DNA of 58,828 nucleotides from Candidatus Kapaibacterium sp. (lineage in GTDB: Bacteria > Bacteroidota > Ignavibacteria > Kapaibacteriales > UBA4661). The DNA is taken from assembly GCA_036847245.1 (NCBI GenBank), contig DAIUAL010000002.1, forward strand, positions 1 to 58,828, given 5' to 3'. The notes under the pieces were generated by a model. The model ran no database searches and was not told the DNA's origin. It was given only the letters and a program-made list of their open reading frames with translations. Below, in pieces: positions 20,335 through 29,106 of the stretch; within the stretch, counting starts at the first letter, position 1; every line of letters begins with the position of its first letter. A program made the position numbers and the translations under genes.

Positions 20335-21207
20335 TCATTCAAATAAAATGACACGATTACCACACAAGAAGACACGCTCTTGCAAGACAAGATTGAGTGC
20401 GCGAGCAAGCACGGTTTTCTCGACATCACGACCGCGTTGTGCCATGTCGTTGGGGCTGTGCGTATGATCGACCGGTATCACGCTCTGTGCGATGATGGGT
20501 CCTTCGTCAAGATCATTCGTAACAAAATGCGCTGTCGCACCAATAATCTTGACACCCCGCTGATATGCTTGCTTGTAGGGCTGTGCGCCAATAAATGCCG
20601 GCAAAAATGAATGATGGATATTGATAATTCTACGTTCGTATCGCTCGACAAAACGAGGTGAAAGAATACGCATATACTTTGCAAGTACAATGTAATCCGG
20701 TTGATACGCATCAATACAAGCAATCATTTGTTCTTCTTGTTCATCACGTGAAATCCCCTCATGTGAAACACAATGAAAAGGAATGCTGAATTGTTCCGTC
20801 AGTGCTTGCAGGGTTGTATAATTCCCCGCTACAGCACATATCTCAGCTTGTAAATCACCGAAAGCATGGCGCAAGAGCAATTCCCCTAAACAGTGATATT
20901 CTTTCGTTACCAAGATCATCACGCGAGTTTTGCGTGGCGCACTGAAAAGAATACCTGCATCCATCGGGAGAACGGCGCGAAGCTCTTCGGTGAGTGTATG
21001 TTGCAGAGATATGATATCAGCATCGACAGGTACAGAGCCATGCTCGCCGCGCACCATCTCAAATTCCGTGCGCATGAAGAATTGTGCTGTATCGGCAGAG
21101 ACGAATTCATGATTCGAAATGATATTCAAATCGTGGCGCGCCAAGACACCTGTAATGCCATGCACAAGCCCCGTGCGGTCGCTACACATAATGCGAAGTG
21201 TTGTCAT
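20335..21207 (-). CDS. purU: Formyltetrahydrofolate deformylase
   Basis: N-terminal ACT domain (DRTGLVHGITGVLA) plus a formyltransferase core (IINIHHSFLPAFIGAQPY, GATAHFVTNDLDEGPII). Confidence 0.92.
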   Translation of the reverse strand: MTTLRIMCSDRTGLVHGITGVLARHDLNIISNHEFVSADTAQFFMRTEFEMVRGEHGSVPVDADIISLQHTLTEELRAVLPMDAGILFSAPRKTRVMILVTKEYHCLGELLLRHAFGDLQAEICAVAGNYTTLQALTEQFSIPFHCVSHEGISRDEQEEQMIACIDAYQPDYIVLAKYMRILSPRFVERYERRIINIHHSFLPAFIGAQPYKQAYQRGVKIIGATAHFVTNDLDEGPIIAQSVIPVDHTHSPNDMAQRGRDVEKTVLARALNLVLQERVFLCGNRVILFE

Positions 21208-21292
21208 ACTTTGTTGTGTTATGAATGTATTGTTGAATTGTGGTTTGCGTGATGGGAACATATCATGCACTCAAGAGTGGAGTACAAGACCA

Positions 21293-22027
21293 TTAAAATC
21301 GTTCTAACTTAAAGGATTCACCCAAATAGCGTCTGCGAACATCTTCGTTAGACGCAATCTCTTCAGCAGTGCCGGAGTAGAAAACTTGACCATCGATCAG
21401 GATATATGCGCGGTCGGTAATCGAAAGTGTTTCATGCACATTGTGGTCGGTAATCAGAACACCATAGCCACGATCACGGAGCTTATTGATAATCGACATA
21501 ATATCTTCGACTGCTATCGGATCAATCCCCGCAAAGGGTTCATCAAGCAAAATAAATTTCGGATTTGCCGCAAGTGTGCGTGCAATTTCACAGCGTCTGC
21601 GTTCGCCGCCCGACAGCATAAAACCTTTGCTCTTGCGAATATGCGTGATATTAAAATCGGTGAGTAATTCTTCCAATCGCTCTTTGCGTTGTGCTTTGTT
21701 GATGGGTTGTAATTCCAAAATTGCCATGATATTATCTTCCACCGACATGCGCCGAAAGACTGATGGTTCCTGTGGCAAATATCCAATACCAAGCCGTGCT
21801 CGCTTAAACATTGGCAAAGGTGTAATCTCGGTATCATCGAAATAGACCGCACCAATGCTGGGTTTAATCAAACCCACAATCATGTAGAATGATGTTGTTT
21901 TGCCTGCACCATTCGGACCAAGCAAACCAACGACTTCGCCTTGTTTGACCGATAGAGTAACATCGCGCACGACTGTGCGACTTTTATAAACTTTCACTAA
22001 TTGCGATGTTCGTAATTCGGATACCAT
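21293..22027 (-). CDS. lptB: LPS export ABC transporter ATP-binding protein
   Basis: Walker [10 protein letters not shown], signature LSGGERRR, Walker [10 protein letters not shown], and the LptB-typical N-terminus (L....L.K.YK.R.VV). Confidence 0.92.
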   Translation of the reverse strand: MVSELRTSQLVKVYKSRTVVRDVTLSVKQGEVVGLLGPNGAGKTTSFYMIVGLIKPSIGAVYFDDTEITPLPMFKRARLGIGYLPQEPSVFRRMSVEDNIMAILELQPINKAQRKERLEELLTDFNITHIRKSKGFMLSGGERRRCEIARTLAANPKFILLDEPFAGIDPIAVEDIMSIINKLRDRGYGVLITDHNVHETLSITDRAYILIDGQVFYSGTAEEIASNEDVRRRYLGESFKLERF

Positions 22028-22054
22028 GAAAAAGAGAACGAATGAAACAACTGA

Positions 22055-24127
22055 TTACCATCGCACATCTGCTTGAAAGGAAATGCGCCGCTCGACATTG
22101 CCGGAGAATGCTGTGAGGTCGCTTCCCAGCGATGATGCGCCGACACGCGCGCTCACAAAACCATTAGCATACAGGTCAATCCACGCATTCGGCGAGTACT
22201 GCACCATGAGCATCATGCGACCACCACGCCCTTGAAAGACGGGGCTGACAAGCGTACCCGGAATACTCGACTCAAATGCCCAAATCGCAGAATCAAAACT
22301 TCCCGTGCTGTACCACAGCAAGCGTGATGTGATGCGAAATTGCCCAATCCCAGCCATATCGCCAAGCGTCCATTGTGCATCGCCGAACCACAACATACCT
22401 GCTTCGGGCATACTATTACCGCCTAAATTTCGATAGACGGTTTCGATGCGCGTTCGCAAGCGTAGAGCATCGCTCATGGTGTGTTGAATTTCTGCGCGAA
22501 ATGTCCAACGAGTATTCAAGAATTCGTCATACACCGGCACCCGCGATGAACCGATCCGCGCAAAATCATTGCCGGTGGTCAAGCGTGTGCGGAATGCCCA
22601 CAAAGTCTGTGGCGAGCTGTGCCATTGCAATTCGGAAAACACATCTATATCGCGCTCATGATTATCGATTGGTGAATTTGGGCTTGTTGAAGAAAAGATA
22701 TCCATGTACGAGTACACGCGCACTGTCCGCGACAAACGGTGGCTCCACCCTGCATAGAACCCTATCTCATCCGTTGGACGTGATGACTGTCCGAAATTAA
22801 TACCAAAGGGTGCGCGAAATGCCGAAGGAAATGCCCGTACACCTACCATCCATTCGTTGTTAGCAGAACGTGTGGTTGCACTCATACGACCACCGATATT
22901 ACTGTTACCATCTTTAGCAAACTCACCGGCAAGAAACCAATCATTTAATTGATATGTCGCAAACAGCGATGTAAAGAATGCGCTCTGCCCTTCGATAGCG
23001 GAAGAAGACGTACTAATCGAAGGATAATCGTAATTGATCGAAAATACCGTAGCACCAACTATGAAACGATTGTACTCATATTTCAGCGTTGTACCCAATG
23101 CACGTTCGGCTAGTGCATTGCGACGCTCAAGTTCCGTATCGGTGCGATAAAGCCCTTCTGTATAAAATGAAGTAATAACTTTTTTTGCGGTATCAATGCG
23201 ACCTGCACGCGGATAAAACGAACCCCATCCAAGTAACACTAGATTGCTCCCATCATCAAAAGTAAGTCGGTGTTGCAATGCCGCGCCACGAAATACTTGC
23301 CCCGTCAGTACTGAACGATTCAGCATAGCATCAACCCCGAATTGCATGGCGGGCGATATAACATCAACGCCTTTACCGGGTGCGCTCGCCTGCCACACGA
23401 TACTGCCCAAACCCGACAGCACCGAATAATCACCAACTGTCAGCTTCGTATGTTGCTCGGTACCGAATGTTAATTCAACACCACCGGTTACATAGTCGGC
23501 ATAACTTTGTTCACCCGGATCTTTATCCGTCAGCAAAGTTGCTCTAAGACCTGTTGTACCAACCTGTGTACGCATATCAAGTCGCTGATAAAACTCATGT
23601 TGATTCCCTACAAACCGACCTGTTTCTGTACCACGTAAAGTATTCAAACGATGCACACTGCGTGCGCGATAGAGAAATTCCATCGATGATGGCGTACTGG
23701 ACTGTCTGCGTGCACTGCTTCTTTTCGGCGATGATGCAGGGAGCATCGTGCAGTTCATGAGTACGAGATATTGCACTTCATCAAGCTGCAAGGAATCTCG
23801 AATATCATCAAGCGTCATATCGGCATTTCTTCGAGCCAGTGCCGTAATGCGTCGTGCAATCGGCAAGGTTAAACCGGGCAATTCTGCCAATTGTGCCGAA
23901 CGCACACGTCGAAGATTCAGTGGCTGGGCGGCGTATAATTCCAACACATCTAACTGTGGTGTAATGCCGGTGCGCTGTGCAAGCAATTCAAAGAGCAATT
24001 CAAGGTTGCGCACATCGCCTTTCTGCGATTCAACACTTTGTGCCATCATATCCGACACAAAACAAAAGTGCATGACACAAAGACATGCACTCCACAACAA
24101 TACATTCTGTTTCACCATCATGATCAA
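22055..24127 (-). CDS. Putative outer-membrane protein: N-terminal helix-hairpin-helix module plus a beta-barrel-like body
   Basis: Signal peptide and an HhH-like segment (AQLAELPGLTLPIARRITALA). The long body is Gly/Ser/aromatic-rich with alternating pattern, and the C-terminus ends in ...FQADVRW (aromatic terminal residue). Confidence 0.5.
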   Translation of the reverse strand: MIMMVKQNVLLWSACLCVMHFCFVSDMMAQSVESQKGDVRNLELLFELLAQRTGITPQLDVLELYAAQPLNLRRVRSAQLAELPGLTLPIARRITALARRNADMTLDDIRDSLQLDEVQYLVLMNCTMLPASSPKRSSARRQSSTPSSMEFLYRARSVHRLNTLRGTETGRFVGNQHEFYQRLDMRTQVGTTGLRATLLTDKDPGEQSYADYVTGGVELTFGTEQHTKLTVGDYSVLSGLGSIVWQASAPGKGVDVISPAMQFGVDAMLNRSVLTGQVFRGAALQHRLTFDDGSNLVLLGWGSFYPRAGRIDTAKKVITSFYTEGLYRTDTELERRNALAERALGTTLKYEYNRFIVGATVFSINYDYPSISTSSSAIEGQSAFFTSLFATYQLNDWFLAGEFAKDGNSNIGGRMSATTRSANNEWMVGVRAFPSAFRAPFGINFGQSSRPTDEIGFYAGWSHRLSRTVRVYSYMDIFSSTSPNSPIDNHERDIDVFSELQWHSSPQTLWAFRTRLTTGNDFARIGSSRVPVYDEFLNTRWTFRAEIQHTMSDALRLRTRIETVYRNLGGNSMPEAGMLWFGDAQWTLGDMAGIGQFRITSRLLWYSTGSFDSAIWAFESSIPGTLVSPVFQGRGGRMMLMVQYSPNAWIDLYANGFVSARVGASSLGSDLTAFSGNVERRISFQADVRW

Positions 24128-24210
24128 TCGTTGTTACCTAACATGAAACGTACACACAATAACTCTTCGGCATCAATCTTTGCCTACAAAAACACTCTAC
24201 CATGCATCAA

Positions 24211-25008
24211 TTATGCGCCCATGATTTTGCCCCACATCCACGTAAAGCCGCCAACTAATATTGCATTCAATAACAAGATGACAAAACCATAGATTATCCC
24301 TTGTTTTGCGGTCAAGCGTGCATGGATTCCGCACACCATACCAACAACAAGATATTCCCAAATGGAGAAAACATTGAACATTGAAGCACTTAAATACAAT
24401 GCACCATGCTCTGTCGCATCAATGAATGCCGCAGGTGATGGTACGGCATGAATTGTATTCATAAAAAATTGCCCCAAGCACATGAGTATCGTACCAACCG
24501 CCGAAATTGTTGTTCCATAACTTGTTAAGCCGATAATCACACTCGTTGGGGGCGGCTCCGATTGAAAGAGGCGAATCATAACCCATAAAAATAATCCCAT
24601 CAAGGCGATGGAAATGAGCGACTTCGCAAAACCACCACCAATCGCACGTACAATACTAAAATCGCCGCCTTTTTTCATGTCTTCCGAAATCTCTTCGATT
24701 TTTGATTCGGGAACATTCTTTGCACGAAGTACTTTTTCTGTAGGTCGCCACTGCAATTCATAAATCTGCTGGCGTAGAATATCATTAGAACTAATTAAAA
24801 ACGACACAACAACAACGGCAAGTGTCGAAAGCAATGTTGCAAAAAAGAATGGTCGCATTGGATGCTCTACACGGCGCAGGGCAAGCTCTTGCGGAGACGT
24901 AATAATATCTACAAAGCCCGAGAGCCACGAACTTTCTTCTTGATCTTGATCCGAAGAATCCATGATCGGCTCTGTCGGCAATTCTTCATTAGCAGGAAAC
25001 TGTGTCAT
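24211..25008 (-). CDS. Yip1-domain membrane protein
   Basis: Acidic N-terminal region followed by five hydrophobic segments. The track ORF starts with GTG at 25059; the ATG at 25008 (MTQFPANEE) is taken here. Confidence 0.6.
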   Translation of the reverse strand: MTQFPANEELPTEPIMDSSDQDQEESSWLSGFVDIITSPQELALRRVEHPMRPFFFATLLSTLAVVVVSFLISSNDILRQQIYELQWRPTEKVLRAKNVPESKIEEISEDMKKGGDFSIVRAIGGGFAKSLISIALMGLFLWVMIRLFQSEPPPTSVIIGLTSYGTTISAVGTILMCLGQFFMNTIHAVPSPAAFIDATEHGALYLSASMFNVFSIWEYLVVGMVCGIHARLTAKQGIIYGFVILLLNAILVGGFTWMWGKIMGA

Positions 25009-25261
25009 AGAACAAGCGAAAAGTGAACAAAAAAGTGAAAAGAAAATACATACTTCCACACTATAGAAATATACTTTATTGTGTCAATAATATGTGAAAG
25101 ATTCAAGCCATAAAATGCCGAAATGGTATATTGCTGTTCTGTATCAGCGTCATGGTCGTTGCTTATCAAAGAGTAAAGATTCTCTTGGACAACGACTCAA
25201 GTAGTAAAATACATCTTTGTTTCACACTTTTTCTTTCATTAACAACGGAGTGATAGTAGAT

Positions 25262-26062
25262 ATGACAGCAGTAAAGTTTAATGCTTCGGTCAATCGTATG
25301 CTCGGATACATGTGTATTGCGCTATGCGTATGCATGATCAGTTCGACAACAGTAGTAGCACAAAAAAAATCCGACAAACCTGCACCTAAAACAAGTGGCA
25401 AAGCGGCAACCGCTAATCCCAATGCCCTCATCACATTCAAAGATTCGCTCAGCTATACCATTGGCATGGATGTAGCACGCAGTATTCGCAGTGGCAATTT
25501 GGATTTAGATATTGATAAATTCGTTGCCGGCTTACGCGCAATGATGGCATATGATTCTACTAAAAGAGGCAGTATTAAACCTCTTCTTACCGAAGATCAA
25601 GCTCGTGCATGCCTGCAAGCATTTCAAATTCAACGCATGAAAGAACAGTCAGCTATTAACGAACAAAAAGTCAAAGAAGCAAAAGTCGTTGCTGATTCCT
25701 TTATGCTTGCCAACAAGCAAAAACCGGGTGTTGTAACACTACCCAGCGGTGTACAGTATCTTTCGCTCAAGAGCGGATCAGGCAAGTCGCCGGCTGACAC
25801 CAGCGAAGTAACGGTGCACTATGTCGGTAAATTAATCGATGGTACAGTTTTTGACTCTTCGGTCGAACGCAATCAACCTGCAACATTCCGCTTGAATGGT
25901 TTGATTGATGCATGGAAAGAAGCACTCCCTAAAATGAAAGTCGGCGACAAATGGGTTCTGTATGTACCACCCGAAAAAGTGTATAAAGAAATGGGCGCAC
26001 CACCAAAAATTGGTCCGAATGCTGTTCTCATTTTTGAATTAGAACTGCTTGATGTTAAGTAA
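25262..26062 (+). CDS. FKBP-type peptidyl-prolyl cis-trans isomerase (FkpA/Mip-like), secreted
   Basis: Signal peptide, a helical dimerisation region, and the C-terminal FKBP core VTVHYVGKLIDGTVFDSS...VLIFELELLDV. Confidence 0.88.
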   Translation: MTAVKFNASVNRMLGYMCIALCVCMISSTTVVAQKKSDKPAPKTSGKAATANPNALITFKDSLSYTIGMDVARSIRSGNLDLDIDKFVAGLRAMMAYDSTKRGSIKPLLTEDQARACLQAFQIQRMKEQSAINEQKVKEAKVVADSFMLANKQKPGVVTLPSGVQYLSLKSGSGKSPADTSEVTVHYVGKLIDGTVFDSSVERNQPATFRLNGLIDAWKEALPKMKVGDKWVLYVPPEKVYKEMGAPPKIGPNAVLIFELELLDVK

Positions 26063-26090
26063 CTTTTTTTTGATCGTTTTTTCTTATCGA

Positions 26091-26831
26091 ATGAACTCTT
26101 TTCTCAAATCTCTCGCTGTAGTCTGTGTTGCCCTTGGTTTGGTAGCAGTAACAGCATGTAACTACAATCAAACATCGAATGTTGCTCTCATAAGTTCGGT
26201 TGATAGTGCAAGCTATGCTATCGGTATTGACATCGGTAAAAATATCCAGCGCAGTGATGCCGATATCGACCTGAACATCTTGCTTGCCGGCATGAAAGAT
26301 GGTCTTGCTATCGGTCAGGCACTTGCCAAAGGTGATACCACGAAAAAAGGATTGCAGTCCGAAGCGCAGATGCAACAAGTCATGATGAATTTCCAAGTTG
26401 CTATTCAACAAAAACAAATGCAAAAAGCTCAAAAACAAGGTGAAGACAACAAACAGCTTGGTCAGGCATTTCTTGCGAAATACAAACAAGAGCAAGGTGT
26501 TACAGCACTGCCGAATGGCATCTTGTACAAAGTCATCAAATCCGGTTCAGGTGCAAGCCCCAACGAAAACAGTACCGTTACCGTTCATTACGAAGGTAAA
26601 TTGGTTGATGGTAAAATCTTCGATAGCTCTTTCCAACGTAATGAGCCTGCGACTTTTCCGCTCGGCAATATGATCCCAGGCTGGAAATCAGTCCTCCCGA
26701 AAATGAAAGTTGGCGATACATGGGAATTCGTTTTACCTGATAGTTTGGGATATGGCGCGCAAGGTGCGGGTGGTGCTATTGGACCATATGCCGTACTTAT
26801 CTTCAAAGTCGAACTGAAAGATGTAAAGTAA
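26091..26831 (+). CDS. FKBP-type peptidyl-prolyl isomerase lipoprotein (tandem paralog)
   Basis: Lipobox (VAVTACN) and FKBP core VTVHYEGKLVDGKIFDSS...VLIFKVELKDV. Confidence 0.88.
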   Translation: MNSFLKSLAVVCVALGLVAVTACNYNQTSNVALISSVDSASYAIGIDIGKNIQRSDADIDLNILLAGMKDGLAIGQALAKGDTTKKGLQSEAQMQQVMMNFQVAIQQKQMQKAQKQGEDNKQLGQAFLAKYKQEQGVTALPNGILYKVIKSGSGASPNENSTVTVHYEGKLVDGKIFDSSFQRNEPATFPLGNMIPGWKSVLPKMKVGDTWEFVLPDSLGYGAQGAGGAIGPYAVLIFKVELKDVK

Positions 26832-26874
26832 TCTTTGTACTCCAAGTCTTCAGACGATCATCAGTAGTTATTTC

Positions 26875-26912
26875 AACCGCTTGTACTTACAACAGTGCAA
26901 GCGGTTTTTTTT
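26875..26912 (+). terminator. Rho-independent terminator
   Basis: 12-bp stem AACCGCTTGTAC/GTGCAAGCGGTT (one G-U pair), an 8-nt loop, then T8. Confidence 0.85.
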
Positions 26913-26928
26913 GGCAGTACTTTCTCTA

Positions 26929-27753
26929 TTACAAGGGTGCAAGCGTTCCCATCTCGCCTTTTCCCAATCGCTTGCGTGCGGCGTGCATTTGCTCGGCAGT
27001 GGTCATAACAAAGGGTCCGCCATAGACGATAGGTTCGTTATGAGGTATCCCTGAAGCAAAGATAATATGTGCCGATGTGTCGAGTGCTTGTACTCTTACC
27101 GTATTCCCTTCATTCTCGAAAGTTACTAATGCTCGTGCGGAAATAACACGGTCTTGTATTTGCACACCCCCCTCTAAACAATACACAAATGCCATGACAT
27201 GTGCAGGAAGTTCGAGAATAGTATGTGGGTCTAGAACAATATCGTACAACTCTGTTTTCGTGACGAGTTCTATGGGCGATATCATACCTTGATATGTACC
27301 TTGCAGTACACGAAGATGTATACCGTCACTACTGTATGTTGGAATTTGCTCTGCGACGGCATGAAATGCTTGCGGCGCAACAAGGCGATTGCTGTCGGCA
27401 TGGTTGATCCAAATTTGCAATCCATGACATGGCACGCCATATTCCGTGGGTACTTCGTCGTGGTGAATACCACTGCCTGCCTGCGTTACGTGAATATCAC
27501 CCGGCGCGATAATACTACGATCACCTAAACTATCCCGATTGAGAAATGCTCCTTGACTATCAGGGAGCATATAGGTCATGACAGATACCCCGGCATGAGG
27601 ATGCGGACCAAAGATACCACGATCCATATAGAATTCCGTAAATACCAAGAATGGTTCAAAGCCATGTTCGGCATGAAACATGTCAACAGTAGTAAAGCCC
27701 GGCGCATTAGTTGTGAGTGCTTTGGGATGAACAGCGCGAATAGATTTCAACAT
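26929..27753 (-). CDS. Pirin family protein
   Basis: Cupin metal motif (FGPHPHAGVSVMTYML), a second His/Glu cluster (GSGIHHDE), and a bicupin length of 274 aa. Confidence 0.88.
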   Translation of the reverse strand: MLKSIRAVHPKALTTNAPGFTTVDMFHAEHGFEPFLVFTEFYMDRGIFGPHPHAGVSVMTYMLPDSQGAFLNRDSLGDRSIIAPGDIHVTQAGSGIHHDEVPTEYGVPCHGLQIWINHADSNRLVAPQAFHAVAEQIPTYSSDGIHLRVLQGTYQGMISPIELVTKTELYDIVLDPHTILELPAHVMAFVYCLEGGVQIQDRVISARALVTFENEGNTVRVQALDTSAHIIFASGIPHNEPIVYGGPFVMTTAEQMHAARKRLGKGEMGTLAPL

Positions 27754-27798
27754 ATCGGCATGAAAAAGTAAAAAAAGAATAGGCTAGTATTCTACAAT

Positions 27799-27833
27799 AA
27801 AAAAGCCGCAGAGTGTAGATTTCATGCGGCTTT
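27799..27833 (-). terminator. Rho-independent terminator for the Gln-rich gene
   Basis: Stem AAAGCCGCA/TGCGGCTTT with a 14-nt loop. On the minus strand a T-run follows it, 28 nt past the stop at 27861. Confidence 0.8.
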
Positions 27834-27860
27834 AAAAGTATCTGAAGTTATGCCGACAAC

Positions 27861-28247
27861 TTATGCAGCAAGTTGAAGAAATTGTTGCGGTGTTTGATTT
27901 GCTTGTGCAAGCGAGGCAACAGCAATCTGCTGTTGTACCTGCGAGCGTGATAGTTGCAGTGTCTGCTCGGCATCGCTTGCTGATTGCAAGGACTGCTGAT
28001 TACTCAGTTCTTGCACGGCATTTTGTGACTGTTGTGCTACGCGTGCTTCGTTGGAGATTGCACCGGTGTCAGGCACATTCTGTGAAGTCCGTGCCTGCTC
28101 TCCTTGCTGTGTTCGGCGCGTACTTTGTGTTTGTTGCGTCTGCTCAACACGCTGGACTTCCTGCGTACGCTCTGCTTCTTGTGTACGCTGAGCTTGTTGT
28201 ACTTGCTGAACGGGCTGTTGCAACTTGCTGATGTCGGTAGTATTCAT
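27861..28247 (-). CDS. Gln-rich low-complexity protein with a flagellin/YjfB-like C-terminal helix (hypothetical)
   Basis: 128 aa with degenerate RTQE/QTQQ repeats. C-terminus: LSRSQVQQQIAVASLAQANQTPQQFLQLAA. Terminator orientation supports the minus strand. Confidence 0.55.
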   Translation of the reverse strand: MNTTDISKLQQPVQQVQQAQRTQEAERTQEVQRVEQTQQTQSTRRTQQGEQARTSQNVPDTGAISNEARVAQQSQNAVQELSNQQSLQSASDAEQTLQLSRSQVQQQIAVASLAQANQTPQQFLQLAA

Positions 28248-28332
28248 GATTTGACTGAAAAACAGTATTATACACCCGCATCCTGCGTGAATTGCTCATC
28301 CGTATTGCATTAACAAGGTTATGCGAAGATAC

Positions 28333-28376
28333 AAAAAATGTATGCTTGTTATGCTCAAGCATTGACTACATTTTTT
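28333..28376 (-). terminator. Rho-independent terminator closing the blaI-blaR1-like operon
   Basis: Nested inverted repeats AAAAAATGTA/TACATTTTTT and TGCTTG/CAAGCA immediately after the stop at 28378. A T-run follows on the minus strand. Confidence 0.75.
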
Positions 28377-28377
28377 G

Positions 28378-29073
28378 CTATCGCAAGATCGATTTCGTTA
28401 TCACCATTTCGACAAGAAAATACTGCTCCAGTCGAAATTTTGGTCCGAATTCCTCAGGCGGAACATCAGACTGTGCCACATTGCAATACGAACCACTACC
28501 ATCGGGATATATCGTCGGTGGAATAATAGCGCACAGATAGAACGGCTTACCAATCGGCACTGCCAATGTTGTATTTGCCCCAAGGAAATCTTTCAAAGCA
28601 TAATCTTCCTTGATAGGCAATAAAGCATACGTAAGCTTTCGACTACTGAACTGTGGTGTACTTATCTGCATTCGTAGCTTATCATCTTGTATTTTACAAA
28701 TAAATCGAAAGGATGCCGAATCCTTTTTGATCATAAAAAAATCATCAATGGTGCCATCTATCAATGTATCTGTTTTGACAAGTTTGCCTCGCTTGAATTC
28801 TTTGACAAAGAGCTGGTAAAATGTGCCTTTCAAACTTGTACTCTTGAAATGTACCAGCTGAATAGCAAGATTCTCAAAGCGCATGAGGTGATTGAGCGAT
28901 TCATTACCTGTGCTATAGTCTAAACGAAGTATTGCCACTGAATCAGAACCTTGCGCATGTGTCACACATGGCAACAAAAAGAACAGAGAGAATGCCACAG
29001 TTATGTGCGCGATAATATTTATGTATGGTATCATCATGAAAAAGAATTGATGAGAAAAAATGACCGCGAACAA
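28378..29073 (-). CDS. Hypothetical exported protein, third gene of the blaI-blaR1-like operon
   Basis: Hydrophobic N-terminus ending ...LLPCVTHAQG. No recognisable family. It starts 33 bp downstream of the M56 gene; alternative starts lie at 29037/29034. Confidence 0.55.
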   Translation of the reverse strand: MFAVIFSHQFFFMMIPYINIIAHITVAFSLFFLLPCVTHAQGSDSVAILRLDYSTGNESLNHLMRFENLAIQLVHFKSTSLKGTFYQLFVKEFKRGKLVKTDTLIDGTIDDFFMIKKDSASFRFICKIQDDKLRMQISTPQFSSRKLTYALLPIKEDYALKDFLGANTTLAVPIGKPFYLCAIIPPTIYPDGSGSYCNVAQSDVPPEEFGPKFRLEQYFLVEMVITKSILR

Positions 29074-29106
29074 GATACTGTGGCATATTCCACTGCTTAT
29101 CCATGA

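Noticed and set aside
27863-28231. 122-aa plus-strand ORF mirroring the Gln-rich gene
   Set aside because: It is antisense to a low-complexity CAG/CAA-rich gene. The terminator hairpin with its T-run is oriented for the minus strand and sits directly after the minus-strand stop. The plus ORF would start inside that terminator region.
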